Shown: piece by piece, positions 21,269-35,786 of the stretch
How the letters are laid out: every line of letters starts with the position of its first letter
How positions within the stretch are numbered: the stretch's first letter is position 1
DNA from: Pristiophorus japonicus
Taxonomy: Eukaryota
Assembly (NCBI RefSeq): GCF_044704955.1
Contig: NC_091989.1
Location: 9,858,001 to 9,922,000, forward strand
Reading direction: 5' to 3'
DNA length: 64,000 bases
The notes under the pieces: generated by a model
Databases searched by the model: none
Told to the model about the DNA's origin: nothing
The model's input: the letters and a program-made list of their open reading frames with translations, nothing else
Translations under genes and position numbers: made by a program

Positions 21269-24200
21269 TCAAAGGCTGGACCTACATAGCAAATCTGTAT
21301 GGCAATCTTAAAATAAAAACAGAATATGCTGAAAATACACAGCAAATTTGTTAGCATTTACAAGATAACAAAGGGTACTTACTCTGTGGGACTCTACAAC
21401 AGCTGTATTATCCATTTGTGGTTTATAGAATGTGTACAGATGCGAGAGACTGCATGTATTAGAGCTTTATTCTCCATTGCAGAAAGGATGAAATAATGTA
21501 TTGGTTTGCTCATTTGGGTGGCAGAGTCACACTATACTATATTAATTCAAATGAATCTGCTAACTGCTTAATGGAAAATAATATTGTACAGTTATAAATA
21601 AGCTTATTGCATGCAATCACTAACATTTTTTATATGGTTGCAGTTCAGCTAGTAAAGAGTGATGAGTCTCAAAAAAATTATTTTGGAAATATACCGTATA
21701 AATGATTTCCTGAATTGGGCAAATCAGAATAGTAGGCTACTGGATGAACAGTTATTATGTAATGTTTAGTGATTCCTTGGTTCAATTTCATGTTGAATGT
21801 GTGGGAGTTATCTCACTGAACCTGCTCAATTGTGTACAGTATTAAGAGCGGGTCAATGAGTTTTGTGCTTTTTTTTCTCTCCTGTGTCTGTATTTGCTAG
21901 TTCCAGGTAAAATAATGAAGAATTGTGTTTAGTAAAAGTATTTTATGTTCACTTTACTGTCATTATGAAAAATGCAAATATATTAAGTCACAGGTATGAT
22001 GGGCGGTTTCTGCAATGACCAGTCTTAAAATTTGTAACAGCCAAACTGCTGCGTCCTCTTTGAGGATCCTTTCAAGATTTTCTAAAAGTGTTGGAATAAG
22101 AGATTTGTTTGTATATTTTTTTTCTGTCAGGGATGAACACAAAGTGCAGATTGTAGTGAGGGCCTACTGTCAACGTGTTTAGCTGGGTTGGACAATTTGC
22201 AGTTTTTCTGTCCTGTTTTTCCCCTTTATTCTTTCTTTCACGAAGGAGGTGACTTTGGCTGGGATTTAATACCAAAGGCTGCAACAAGCTACTAATATCT
22301 TGCCAATTCTACATGCACAAGTTAGTGCACTGAGTAGGCTGGGTCTTGAGTATTCTCATGACTGTCGCTGGACATGACAGTCAAGACCCACTTTGTTCTC
22401 TTCTGTTATCCGCAATTCCAGCAGCTGGTCAAGTATAGTGATGAGGGTTGGAACTCTGGTGTTTTTATAACTTAAGTTAGTCTAATTGTAGTGCTTGCTG
22501 CTGATCTTAGAGACTAGCTAACTTAGTACTGATCAAAAATTGAACCGAGCCATTTCTGCTGTGCATTGTCTGATTTCTTGTACTTGCCCACTAGTCAGTG
22601 TGGAAATGTTGAAGTAATGTACTAGTACAAACTATTTCCAGTGTTGTGCTGAATAGACAAAGTAGCACTTGTTGAAGTTTTGCCTGCAGCTTCCAGCTTT
22701 ACAAAGGCGCTGCCTTGATTTGTGAAGTAGGGTTTTCAGAATTGCCTCATTGTACATGAAGATGTACCACTATCGGAGTATCTAGTTGACGAGTTTGTAA
22801 GACATGCCCCAGTGTGGTGTCACAAATGCACACATGAACCTGGCTACATCATACTTGAGCGTCAGTCAAAATTGTTATGCCAGGACCATCAGTAATGCAT
22901 CCCACTTAGAAAGGTGATTACTTTTAGACAACAAAGGTGCTAAGAAATGTCAATACCTGTTTTTAATTAGATCAATTTTGTTTCTTACTAGTAATTGTTT
23001 TGCGTAATTGTTTACTTTGTGAATTTAGTGACTCATATACAATGGTGCTTTAGTCTGTATATCTTCAATAGTTCTTTTATATTTTCCTACAATCTATCAA
23101 TCTGTGGTGCTTAATTCTCTTCTGAATGAGGAGGAACATTTGTTTTAATTAATGTGAGGCCTCCTGTGATAAATGGTTCTATTTATACCCAGGCAAGGCA
23201 TTCAACTTTGCCACAGGTATCTCTCTGTGAGACCTATAGAATCATAGAAGCACAGAAGGAGGCCATTTTGCCCATTGTGTCTATGCCGGCCATAAAAGAG
23301 CTATCCAGCCTAATCCCACTTTCCAGCTCTTGGTTCCAGCACTTCAAGTGGGCATCCAAGTACATTTTAAATGCGATGAGGGTTTCTGCCTCTGCCACCC
23401 TTTCATATTGTCGGCACCTTTTTATATTAATAGTATACCGTCACCACTGACAGCACATTATATTGTAATGGTGTTCAACTCTATAGTTCCCATTGTGCAT
23501 GGAACCCAACTTGATTTATGGGTCCCCAGAGCCGAGATTAGAAGCACATAAAATAAACACTGCTTTCTATTGACCTTCCAGTGAGGGACAGGTGAAATGT
23601 GGGGTTGTAGTCATCTGAATAAGCACTGCTCTTTTGGAACCTCAGCAACGAGTAAAAGTGTCTTAAAATGATCCCTGTGCTCACAAGGCCAATTGTCATC
23701 ATGGGCTGTTGGGAATATCAAAAATAAGTAACTAAGCACAGAGGTGAGCATCTTTTGCTAGCCCTGCTAATGCATTCCATTATCAGTTTACCCATCACCC
23801 CTGTGCTCGCTGACCTACATTGGGTAAAGCAACACCTCGATTGTAAAATTCTCATCCTTGTTTTAAAATCCCTCCTCGGCCTTGCCCCTCCCTATCTCTG
23901 TAATCTCCTCCAGCCCTAACACCCCCCCCCCCCCCAAGATATCTGCGCTCCTCCAGGATTGCCCTCTTGTGCATCCCTGATTATAATCACTCAACCATTG
24001 GTGGCTGTGCCTTCAACTGCCTGGGCCCCAAGCTCTGGAATTCCCTCCCTAAGCCTCTCTACCTCTCTTTCCTCCTTTTTAAGACGCTTCTTAAAACCTA
24101 CCTCTTTGACCAAGCTTTTTTATCTCACAATACTCCTGTGAAACGTCTTGGGATGTTTCACTACATTAAAGGCGCTATATAAATACAAGTTGTAGTTAAT

Positions 24201-24502
24201 CTGGTTGCTTAATGCATGAACTAATTGCAACAAGATGAGTTAACTTTAAGAGCGTTGCCCATTTTAGTTATGTAGATTTATGCCTCGATCCCAAGATGCT
24301 GTGTTTTAGGCATGTGTCCAGGAAAATCAACCAACAGACAAGCCCAGGGTAGCTAATTCCTCTAGCATTGCCGTGTAGACAGGAAGGTTAAAACTCCTCG
24401 TTAGTTTTTTTTTTAACTCTTTGGGCATGTTCCCCCATCCTGTCCAGATAACATGCATTTTCTGTTGAGCTTTACTGAAGTCTAATTTCAATTATGTTAC
24501 AG

Positions 24503-24537
24503 GGGCCAAGTCCGAAACATGGCAACTCTGAAGGACA
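24503..24537 (+). CDS. ATP5F1C: ATP5F1C exon 2 (35 nt)
   Basis: ttacAG|(W)GQVRNMATLKD(I)|GTGAGT; includes the mature N-terminus ATLKD. Confidence 0.95.
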
Positions 24538-24839
24538 GTGAGTATCCTATTTTCTTATTATTACACAACATTGTTTTATATATTGAACAAGTCACATGTG
24601 AATGTCTTCAACCTGGGTGCTTTTGTAGTAGTACTTTCAAAGATTCAAGGATTCCTATGGTGCAGTAATACTGGATAGATTATGTAGCTGAAGTGTGTTT
24701 CTTCATTGATGTCTCACCAGATGAGCAATATAACTGGCTAAATTGGCATCGGTTTGGTTGGTGTGATCACATAGAAGGGGCAGTCTTGCACTACCTGATC
24801 TTCTCATTGGCTGTGGTTGCTTTTCCCTCCTTATAATTT

Positions 24840-26000
24840 TGGGAAAGTGGTCATTTAAAACGGAGGTGAGGAGGAATTTATTCTGTGAGGGTCGTGAATC
24901 TTTGGAATTTTCTACCCCAGAGAGCTGTGGAGGCTGGGTCATTGAATATATTTAAGGTGGAGATGGACAGATTTTTGAACGATAATGGAGTCCAGGGTTA
25001 TGGGGAGTGGAGTTGAGGCCAAGATCAGATCAGCCATGATCTTATTGAATGGCAGAACAGGCTCGAGGGGCCAAATGGCCTACTCCTGCTCCTATTTCTT
25101 ATGTAATGGCATAGTTGGATTCCTCCTGACACATTTCACCAGCTGTCAGAGGTTGATGAGCATATCTCAATGCATGTGAAATGAATGTCTATATTTGTGT
25201 GTCTGAAAATGGCACTATTTCCCTTATCTTTTTAAAAAAAAAACATACAGTACTATCACACTGTGCCAACATTTGTATTTCTGCATGCATATTATGTTTT
25301 TTTACTGGCGTGCAATTACTGATTCTAGATTTCACTGAGAGCTGCCATCAGTCTAGCATACATTTGCATTGAGAGATTTTGTATTGTAATGTGAGTCAAA
25401 CAAACTTAAACTGTTTGTAAAATTCCGAGTAAACGAGGATAAAGCAAGATTAACAGTTTTCTGTCTGAAAAAGTGAAGTATCATTAGAGCATAAGCAATG
25501 TTCTGAGTTTGATTTTTAAAAAGAATCTATTGTATGATTTACAAAGATCTTGCCAGGACTGGATAATATTAGCTATTAGGAATGATTGGATAGGCTGGGG
25601 TTATTTTCTTTGTCACTGGAGGCTGAGGGGAGATTTAATTGAGGTGTATAAAATTATGAGGGGCCTAGATAGAATGGATAGGAAGGACCTATTTCCCTTA
25701 GCAGCGAGGTCAATAACCAGGGGGCATATATTTAAAGTAATTGGTAGGAGGATTAGAGGGGAGTTGAGAACACTTTTTCACCCAGAGGGTGGTGGAGGTC
25801 TGGAACTCACTGCCTGAAAGGGTAGAGGCAGAAGCCCTCATACATTTAAAAAATACCTGAATATGCACTTGAAGTGCCGTAACCTACAGGGCTGCGGACC
25901 ACGAGCTGGAAAGTAGAATTAGGCTGGGTAGCTCTTGGTCGGCCAGTTCAGACACAATGGGCTGAATGGCCTCCTTCTGTGCCGTAAAGTTTTATGATTT
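24840..26000 (+). mobile_element. Two CR1-type 3' fragments (24840-25105 and 25540-26000)
   Basis: RLRGDLIEVYKIMRGLD; CR1 3' hairpins. Confidence 0.8.
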
Positions 26001-26468
26001 TAGATTTATTCTGAATGTTTGGAAACAAGGAGCACTCGATCCAAATATTGAGGACAAGGAGTGAGTCACTGTTAAACACAGGAATAAAATTGACTATTTT
26101 GTAAGTCCCCTCCCATCAAAATTTGTTTTACTTTTGAAAAGGTAGATGGGGACAAGTCTGAATTGGAATGAAAACCATGTTGAGGTAGAATTTCTCTGCT
26201 ATAGGAATTGTTTCCTTTTAATTGGATTGTTTAACTGAATGAATGATTTGGTCTTTAAAAACAGTTTCCATTGAAAGCACATTTCTGCCACAGTGTAGCT
26301 TTTCATATTCTTCCAGAGGAAACCAGCGTTGGAAGTAATGGAACATGACATTTATAGACAGATAGATCAAAGTGATTTCATGGAAAAATGTACTTTAGTC
26401 TTAGCCATGGAGTGTGAAAATTTGTCCCGGATAAACTACTGCTTGATAATATATTTGCCTATTTTCAG

Positions 26469-26600
26469 TCACCAGGCGCTTGAAGTCAATCAAAAATATC
26501 CAAAAGATCACCCAATCCATGAAAATGGTGGCTGCGGCAAAATATGCAAGAGCTGAGAGAGAGCTGAAACCAGCAAGAGTTTATGGAACAGGAGCTCTTG
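26469..26600 (+). CDS. ATP5F1C: ATP5F1C exon 3 (132 nt)
   Basis: ttttcAG|[43 protein letters not shown]|GTATGA. Confidence 0.97.
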
Positions 26601-27419
26601 GTATGATAACACTTGACAATTACACTAGTGATATAATAATTACTACTTCATTTAGAGATTGTGGGAAGGGATTTCTTGCCTAGTCACGGATACAGCATTT
26701 GTGGGCATGAACATTTAGCCTTATTTTTGTAGAAGCCTCATCTGTGCAGTGCTTTGAGGGACTGCCAGCTTAATCAATTAATTCACTTTATACTGCCTGC
26801 TGTTCTCGCCAAAACAAAGTATGGTTTGCTAATTTAATATTTGAGAAAGTTCCATTCATTTGCAAATGAATATTAGTTCTTTTTCTTAGTCAAACTTGCA
26901 AGCTGGAGATTCTGCAAATGAGCAGCTAATCGGACACTTGACTTGCAGGGGAGTTATCCCCGGTGTCCTGGCCAATACTTATCCCTCAACTAACATCACT
27001 AAAACAGATTATTTGATCATTATCACATTGTTGTTTGTGGGAGCTTGCTGTGCGCAAATAGGCTGTCGCGTCTCCTACATTACAACAGTGACTACACTCC
27101 AAAACATGTAACGCGCTTTGTGGTCATGACATTCATGATATAAATGCAAGTCTTTCTTTACGACTAAGATGCTTTTAATACATTGTGCAGCCTGCATCAT
27201 TTGGTGGTTCCACAGGATTGACTAATTTCTTTGTAGACATGTGCTGCCCATTTCAAGTAATCTTTGTGCACTTCTGTTTATGATCCATGAATGTTGCTTA
27301 ATTTTAAAATTCTATTTTTTTGCTATTTCAAAATGGAACTACAGTAGTTAAGAGAGATATCAAGTATACAAGCAGGAAATTGGTAACAATAAACTTGGAG
27401 GCATAAAGAGAGGCTACAA

Positions 27420-29470
27420 AAACAACTTGCTTTTATATAACGCCTTTAAGAAAATGTCTCGAGGTGCTTCACGGCAACAACAACATGTATTTATAAAGCG
27501 CCTTTAACGTAGTAAAACATCCCAACGCGCTTCACAGGAGTATTATAAGACAGAAAAAAATTGCCATCGACCCATATAGCGAAATTAGGGCAGGTGACCA
27601 AAAGCTTGGTCAAAGAGGTAGGTTTTAAGGAGTGTCTTGAAGGAGGAAAGAGAGTTTAGGCAGGGAGTTCCAGAGCTTGGGACCTAGATAATAGAAGGCA
27701 CGGCCACCGATGGTTGAGCGATTATAATCAGGGATGCTCAAGAGGGCAGAATTAGAGGAGCGCAATATCTTGCACTTGTGTGTGTGGCGGGGTGGGTGGG
27801 GGGGTTGGGGCTGAAGGAGATTACAGAGCTACGGAGGGGCGAGGCCATGGAGCGATTTGAAAACAAGGATAAGAATTTTGAAATCGAGGCGTTGCTTAAC
27901 TGGAAGCCAGTGTAAATCAGCGAGCATAGGGGTGATAGGTGAGCAGGACTTGGTGCGAATTAAGACATGGGCAGCCGAGTTTTGGATCACCTCAAGTTTA
28001 CATAGGGTAGAATGTGGGAGTCCAGCCAGGAGTGTGTTAGAATAGTCAAGTCTAGAGGTAACAAAGGCAAGGATGAGGGTTTCAGCAGCGGATAAGCTGA
28101 GGCAAGGGTGGCGACAGGCGATGTTAGAGGTGGAAATACGCAGTCTTAGTTATGTTGCGGATATGTGGTCGAAAGCTCATTTCAGGTTCAAATGTGACAC
28201 CAAGATTGCGAACAGTGTGGTTCAGCCTCAGACAGAAGTTGGGGAGAGAGATGGAGTTTGTGGCGGGGACCGAAAACAATGGCTTTGGTCTTCCCCATAT
28301 TTAGTTGGAGAAAATTTCTGATCATCCAGAACTGGGTGTCGGACAAGCAGTCTGACGATTTAGAGACCTTGGAGGGGTCGAGAGAAGTGGTCATGAGTGT
28401 ACATGTGGAAAGTGACGCTGTGTTTTTGGATGATGTCGCCAAGGGGCAGCATGTAGATGAAAATAGGAAGGAGCAAAGGATAGATCCTTGGGAGATACCA
28501 GAGGTAACGATGTGGGAGCGGGAAGAGAACCCATTGCAGGTGGTTCTCTGGCTGCGATTAGATAGATAAGAATGGAACCAGGCGAGTGCAGTTCCACCCA
28601 GCTGGACGATGGAGGAGAGAAGTTGAAGGATGGAGTGGTCAACCAGGTCAAAGGTTGCAGACAGGAGTGTAATCAGACAAAGTTGACATCGAGCCAAAGA
28701 AGGATTTATTTGGAGAGATGATTAAAAGCTTGGGTCAAAGAGATAGATTTTAAGGAGGGAGAGATTGAGAGGGAATTCCAGAGCTTAATGCCAAGGTGAC
28801 TGAAAGCACAGTCACCAATGATGGGATGAAGAGAGTGGGGGGATGCACGAGGCCAGAGTTGGACGAACACAGAGTTCTTTGACGGTTGTAAGGCAGGAAG
28901 AGGTTACAGACGGAAGGGCGAATCCATGGAGAGATTTGAACACGAGGTTGAGAATTCTAAAATCGGGGTGTTGGTCAGCGAGTGCAAGGGTGAAGGGTAA
29001 GTGGGACTTGGCATGAGTTAGGATACGAGCAACAGAGGTTTGGTTGAGCTCAAGTTTATGGAGGAGAGTGGAAGATTTGAAGCCAGCCAGGAAAGCATCA
29101 GAATAGTCGTGTTTGAAGGCAACAGAATCATGGATGAGGGTTTCAGCTGAGGCAGGGGCAGAGATGGGCAATATTATGGAGATGGCATTAGGCGGACTTT
29201 GTGATGGAGAGTGTATGGAATTGGAAGCTCAGCTCTGAGGGTCAAATAGGATGCTGAGGTTACAAACTGTCTCGTTAAACCTGAGACAGTGGACTGGGCG
29301 GGGATGGAATCGGTGGCAAGGGAACAAAGTTTGTGGCAGGGGCTGAAGACAATGGCTTCAGTCTTCCCACTGTTTAATTGGAGGAAATTCTAGCTTATCA
29401 AGCATGTCGGCCAAACAGTTTGATGACAAGAGTCCTTGGAGGGGCTGAGAGAGATGGTGGTGAGGTTTGT
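27420..29470 (-). mobile_element. Two adjacent L2-type LINE 3' fragments
   Basis: LSATFDLVDHSIL, GISQGSIL, FLQLNMGKTKAIVFG; tail with GGCGCTTTATAAATACA. Confidence 0.78.
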
Positions 29471-29631
29471 GTGTCTTGCTGTGTGCAAGATAGCTGTTGT
29501 GGGTTGCTTACATAGCAGGCTCTGCACTTCAAATAATTTTACCCTAAAAGGTGCTTTTAAGTGTTTTGATGGATGTGATCAGGCACTACATAAATGTAAG
29601 TTCTATTAAAGACCTTTTGCTTTTTTTAAAG

Positions 29632-29836
29632 CTCTGTATGACAAGGCAGAAATCAAAGCTCCTGAAGACCAAGCCAATCATCTGATCATTGGGGTATCCT
29701 CTGACCGTGGACTCTGTGGTGCTATCCACAGTAGCATTGCTAAGCTCATAAGAAATCAAATAAAGGAATTGACTGCTGCAGGGAAAGAGGTTAAGGTTGT
29801 AACTGTTGGTGACAAGCTGAGAGCTCTGCTGCACAG
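29632..29836 (+). CDS. ATP5F1C: ATP5F1C exon 4 (205 nt)
   Basis: tttaaAG|[37 protein letters not shown]...[10 protein letters not shown](R)|GTATGT; DRGLCG signature. Confidence 0.97.
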
Positions 29837-30559
29837 GTATGTCTTGGCTTTGAGTCTGAAAGCATATCCTTGCTTGATAACAAATGACCTTGAATGGCCC
29901 ACTCTTGGCTAAAACACTATGGCCTTGAAATGACACTGGGCGAATGCTGTGAATGCTCAGCACCATTAATTTCCTTGTCTTGCTATTTTAGTAGAGGTGT
30001 TAATCTGTCATTTTAAATGGCTTACTGTCTTTTTGTAACATAGCAGGGAGAGGTGAATATCTTAAATATTAATTATTTTCCGACAGCATAATTTAAGGGC
30101 CAGTGTTGTAACTACTTCAGCTGCTGATTTTGCTCCTGACTCTCTTTCCATTTTACGTTGGATATTGAATATATTACTCTCCTTGTAAAGTGCAAAATTC
30201 CTCATTCCAGAGTAATAGTGTCTTCAGTCTTGTTTTATCAAGAGTTTAGAGACAATTCTTCAGATTGCTTGCAAAATATGAATCTATTCATAAAAATTGA
30301 ATGGGGGAGGGTTTAAATCAGTGACAGCAATGAAGATTTATATGCAAAATCATCCCAAGTTATTATTGCATTCACTTTTGTACGGTAATATTCCAATACT
30401 GGTTTTTGCAGTACCTGTACCGTGGTTTGATAAATTGGAAGCAAAGGGGATAGGATTGCAGAAGTTGTAAAACCAAAATTCTGTGAATGTGTTGGGAAAC
30501 TATTTAGCAATTTTTCCGAACAAACAGAAGGCTGACTCTGTTTTTGCTTTAAATTGTAG

Positions 30560-30703
30560 AAACCATGGACAGCACATCCTGATGATGTTCAAGGAAGTTG
30601 GCCGGAAAGCACCAACATTTGGTGATGCTTCAATTATTGCCTCTGAGCTCCTGAACTCGGGCTTTGAGTTTGATAAAGGTTCTATTGTATTCAACAAATT
30701 TAG
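30560..30703 (+). CDS. ATP5F1C: ATP5F1C exon 5 (144 nt)
   Basis: ttgtAG|[47 protein letters not shown](R)|GTAAGT. Confidence 0.96.
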
Positions 30704-30845
30704 GTAAGTTGGTTAGAAAGAATGCATAAAATTCTATTTTAAAGTTTCTTCCATAAGACCACCTTTGATTGTCCTCCCCATCCAACTTAACCACTTGGCT
30801 GCCTTTCCTGGCCAATGTGCCTATCGACATTCTTAATGCTTTTCT

Positions 30846-33230
30846 TTAACGAGAAAGAAAGACTCTTAAGAGAAGGATGAACCACCCATGGCTAACTAAG
30901 GAAGTAAAGGATGGTATCAAATTGAAAACAAAGGCATACAATGGTACGGAGAACAGTGGAAGGCCAGAGGAGTGGGATATCTTTAGCAAAGAACGACTAA
31001 AAAAAAAAAATGATGGAGAAGATAGCTTATGAGAGTAAACTAGCAAGAAATATAAAAGCAGACAGAGCTTCTACAAGTATATAAAAAGGAAGAGGGTAGC
31101 TAAAGTAAACATTGGTTCTTTAGAGGATGAGACTGGGGAATTAATAATGGGAAACAGAAATGGCGAAGACTTTGAACAAATATTTTATATTGGTCTTCAT
31201 GGTAGAAGACACTAAAAGCATTCCAATAATGGATAATCAAGGGGCTATAAGGAGAGAGGAACTTAAAACAATCACTATCACTAAAGAAAAAGTATTCCGT
31301 AAACTAATGGGACTAAAGGTGGACAAGTCCCCTGGACCTGATAGCCTGCATCTTAGGGGCTTAAAAGAGGTGGCCGCGGAGATAGTGGATGCATTGGTTA
31401 TAATCTACCTAGATTCTGGAGAGATCCCAGCGGACTGGAAAACCGCAAATGTAACGTCTCTATTTAAGACAAGAGGGAGACAGAAAGCAGGAAACTATAA
31501 ACCAGTTAGCCTAGCATCTGTCATTAGGAAAATGCTGGAGTCCATTATTAAGGAAGTAGTAGCAGGACATTTAAAAATCATAATGCAGTCAAGCAGAGTC
31601 AACATGGTTTTATGAAAGGGAAATCGTGTTTCACAAATTTGTTCGAGTTCTTTGAGGATGTAACGAGCAGGGTGGTTAAAGGGGAATCAGTAGATGTCGT
31701 GTATTTGGATTTCCAGAAAGCATTCAATAAGATGCCACATAAAAGGTTACTGTACAAGATAGGAGCTCACAGGGTTGGAGGTAATATATTCACATGGATA
31801 GAGGATTGGCTAACTAACAGAAAGCAGAGTTGGGATAAATGGGTCATTTTCAGGTTGGCAAACTGTAACTAGTGGGGTGCCACAGGGATCAGTGCTGGGG
31901 TCTCAACTATTTACAATTTATATTAATGATTTGGATGAGTGCTGATGATACAAAGATAGGTGGGAAAGCAAGTTGTGAGGAGGACGCACAGAATCTACAA
32001 AGGGATATAGATAGGCCAAGTGAATGGAGAAAAAATTTGGCAGATGGAGTATAATGTGGGAAAATGTGAGATTATCCACTTTGGCAGGAAAAATAAAAAA
32101 TCAAATTATTATTTAAATGAGAGAGATTACAAAATGCGGTGGTATAGAGGGATCTGGGGGTACATGAAACACAAAAAGTTAGCATGCAGGTATAGCAACT
32201 AATCAGTAAGGCAAATGGAATGTTGGCCTTTATTGCAAGGGGGATGGAGTATAAAAGCAGGGAAGTCCTGTTACAATTGTACAGGGTGGTGGCAAGACCA
32301 CGCCTGGAGTATTGCGTACAGTTTTGGTCTCCTTATTTAAGGAAGGATAGACTTGCTTCATAGAAGCAGTTCATAGAAACATAGAAAATAGGTGCAGGAG
32401 TAGGCTATTCGGCCCTTCGAGCCTGCACCGCCATTCAATGAGTTCATGGCTGAACATGCAACTTCAGTACCCCATTACTGCTTTCTCACCATACCCCTTG
32501 ATCCCCCTAGTAGTAAGGACTTCATCCAACTCCTTTTTGAATATATTTAGTGAATTGGCCTCAACAACTTTCTGTGGTAGAGAATTCCACAGGTTCACCA
32601 CTCTCTGGGTGAAGAAGTTCCTCCTCATCTCGGTCCTAAATGGCTTACTCATTATCCTTAGACTGTGTCCCCTGGTTCTGGACTTCCCCAACATTGGGAA
32701 CATTCTTCCTGCATCTAACCTGTCTAACCCCGAGGTTAGAGAAGGTCAGAGAAGGTTCACGAGGTTGATTCATGAGATGAAGGGGTTGTCATATGAAGAA
32801 AGGTTGAGCAGGTTGGGCCTATACTCATTGGAATTTAGAAGAATGAGAGGTGATCTTATTGAAACATATAAGATTCTGAGGGGACTTGACAGGGTAGATG
32901 CAATGAGGATGTTTCCCCTTGTGGGGAATCTAGAACTAGGGGGCATAGTTTCAGAATAAGGGGTCGTCCATTTAAAATGGAAATGAGGAATTTCTTCTCA
33001 GGGTCGTGAATCTTTTGAATTCTCTACTTCACAGAGCTGTGGAGGCTGGGTCATTGAATGTATTTAAGGTGGAGATAGACAGATTTTTGAACGATAAGGA
33101 AGTCGAGGGTTATGGGGAGTGGGCAGGGAAGTGGATTTGAGGCCAGGATCAGATCAGCCATGATCTTATTGAATGGCGGAGCAGGCTCAAGGGGCCAAAT
33201 GGCCTACTCCTGCTCCTATTTCTTATGTTC
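30846..33230 (+). mobile_element. CR1 LINE (5'-truncated, frameshifted) in ATP5F1C intron 5, with an inverted CR1 3' fragment nested at 32372-32730
   Basis: RT fragments 31160-32202; ORF2 C-terminus at 32745-33130; tail at 33230. Confidence 0.9.
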
Positions 33231-34656
33231 TGTTTCCAAAGCACCCCTCCTTTTCAAAACCACGTTCCCATTACCCCATTCAAAAAGCCTAGATCTGTCT
33301 ATCCTCTCCCAACTGTTGCTCGATCTCCAAGGTCCATGAATGTGGCATCGGTTCTCCGCTTAGAGCCGACCTCTCCCCAATCTTCCTGTTGCAATCCCTT
33401 CAGTCTGGCTTGTGCCCTGTTCACAGCACTGAATCCATGCCGGTCAAAGTCACAAATGATATCCTCTACAATTGTGACAACAGTGCAATGTCTTTCTGTT
33501 GTGCAGCTCCACTGTGCTGCTCTTGCTCTTGCGTGATTCCATCTCAGGCTACCCAGTTCAGCCACCATATCTCCGGCAAAGGCTTCATAATCACTGCCAG
33601 AGCTCTCCAAGAACCTATCCTATTGATGACACTGTTTGCAGGCACATGGTCAGCTTTTATATGTATGCTGATGACATCCCACCTCATCGCCACATCCCTC
33701 AATCTACCAATGCGCGGCCAATCTAACATTGGAAGTGGCTGAGTGGAAAAGAAATTCCAGCTGAATGTTGGGAAGATCAGGATCATTCTTTTCAGCCCCC
33801 ACCATAAATTTTAGAGTTTCAACCTCCGATCCTATCAATCATCAAGACTGTTTATTTCCATCTCCACAGTATCATCTACATCTGACTCTTAACTGCCCTC
33901 TGAAATAGCCTAGCATGCCCCTCGGATGTACCAAACCGCTCCAGGGACTGCAACGGTTCATGGGCAATAAATGCTGGCCTTGCCGGTGACGCCCACATCC
34001 CATTATTTTTTTTTTAAACCCTGCTATGATCAACAGCTCGTGTTTTAAAAGCCTATCCTTACAATGTCTTCGGCCGAGAAATTCACCCTCTTGAAAGTTA
34101 TCAGCGTCATTGTGGGGAAACGCCGTTTAAACCAATTAGAATGTAACCCATTGCAATGTAATATTAAAAAGTAAATATATATTCTTACAGGAGTTCAGGA
34201 GGGGCAATGTGATGTTTAATGAGCGGTGTTGAATTCGCTCGAGGGAGAGGTGAAAGAGATGTGGGAATGAGTATGGTCTTAATACCTGTCATGCCCAGTC
34301 TCCGCAAAGCAATCAACAAAACAAACTGAATCCCGAATTACATTGACAGGTTATTAGAGTATTAGTCTGAGACTATCGTGTGAAGCTACATGGTGCTCTG
34401 GCCAGCATAATGTTCCTTTCTGGTTACCACAACATCCAAAACCTGGAAGTGATCGAGAAAGACCAAAATGCAAATTGTTGAAATTAGTGGATTGCTATTC
34501 GGGCAGCTGCTTCGTGGTGTTGGAGTCACATGGCATTCACCAATATTGAGCCCTGCACGTTTTGGTGATCTACACATTCAACTTGAAATTGCTTCTAAAG
34601 GTGTCTACCAGTTGCATCTTAAATGGTGCCACAAATAATTTTCTCTCTGTTTTTAG

Positions 34657-34721
34657 GTCTGTAATCTCTTACAAGGCTGAGGAGAAACCAGTCTTCTCCT
34701 TTGACGCTCTTACAAATTCCG
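34657..34721 (+). CDS. ATP5F1C: ATP5F1C exon 6 (65 nt)
   Basis: tttttAG|SVISYKAEEKPVFSFDALTNS|GTAAGT. Confidence 0.95.
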
Positions 34722-35240
34722 GTAAGTTGCTGTGTTGTCTGCAAGGCAGATAAATGAATATGGTGTTACTCAGATGCATTGATTCACCTTGTTGAGTTTT
34801 CACTTTCTCTCATTATTGCTGAATGTGATTACTAAATATAAAGTTGATATTGGTAGTGCCACCGAGTCTAAATAAATCCCCTCTGAAGAGATAGTTGTAC
34901 ATTATGCTCTAACTTAACTTTGCAAAAAATAATCATGGAATCATAGAAATTTACAGCACGGAAGGAGGCCATTTCGGCCCATCGTGTCCACACCGGCCGA
35001 CAAAGCTATCCAGCCAAATCCCACTTTCCGCAGCCATAAAATGCTCTATTTAAGAAATTGAAGGTTATATTTTAATAAAAAATGCAGAGAGCAGGATAAT
35101 GGCATAAATCTTAAACTTGTTTCAGTAGTCATATTTGCACAAAGAGTTGCAATGATCCTGTGTCAGTGCCACAAATATTATGTAACCCATCCATGTTTGT
35201 GATAACCTAGCCACTAATCATTCTTTGACTTTATTTCTAG

Positions 35241-35396
35241 AGAACATGAGTGTTTATGATGACATCGATGCTGACGTTCTGCGCAACTACCAGGAGTTTT
35301 CTCTGGTGAACATCATTTACTTCAGCTTAAAGGAATCCACCACAAGCGAGCAAAGTGCCAGGATGACTGCTATGGATAGCGCCAGCAAGAATGCTT
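35241..35396 (+). CDS. ATP5F1C: ATP5F1C exon 7 (156 nt)
   Basis: tttctAG|[51 protein letters not shown]|GTAAG. Confidence 0.97.
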
Positions 35397-35786
35397 GTAA
35401 GAAATTGTTCAGAGATTTCAGAAAAGGTGTCTTGTGCTCTAGCTTTCATAACGGTTCTCCAAATGGATGAGCTGTTACAGACCGGGAAGGGCGTCCTATT
35501 CGATTGAGTTAATGGAGCTGAGATGGAGCACCAAAATTTGCCTTGAGGCTTCTGGGTTATGGAGAGGAAATGAAATTCCTTCTGATTACTAATCAGTAAT
35601 CCTTGTATGTGGCCATTGGAGGAGGGTGGAGAGGAAGTAGGATTGACCATGATTGAATAGCCTGTTGATACTGTCACAGTGCACACATGAATAATGGCCA
35701 TTTGAGCATGGTCCTGGAGGATAGCCACTTCCAATAGATTCATATCCATCAAAAGACAATACCTTAAGAAGCGGAGCAAATTAATT

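Noticed and set aside
26500-26530. ATP5F1C substitutions relative to mammals (KITQSM; also DSASKNA, LTYNRTR)
   Set aside because: Isolated, mostly conservative differences; significance cannot be judged without an alignment
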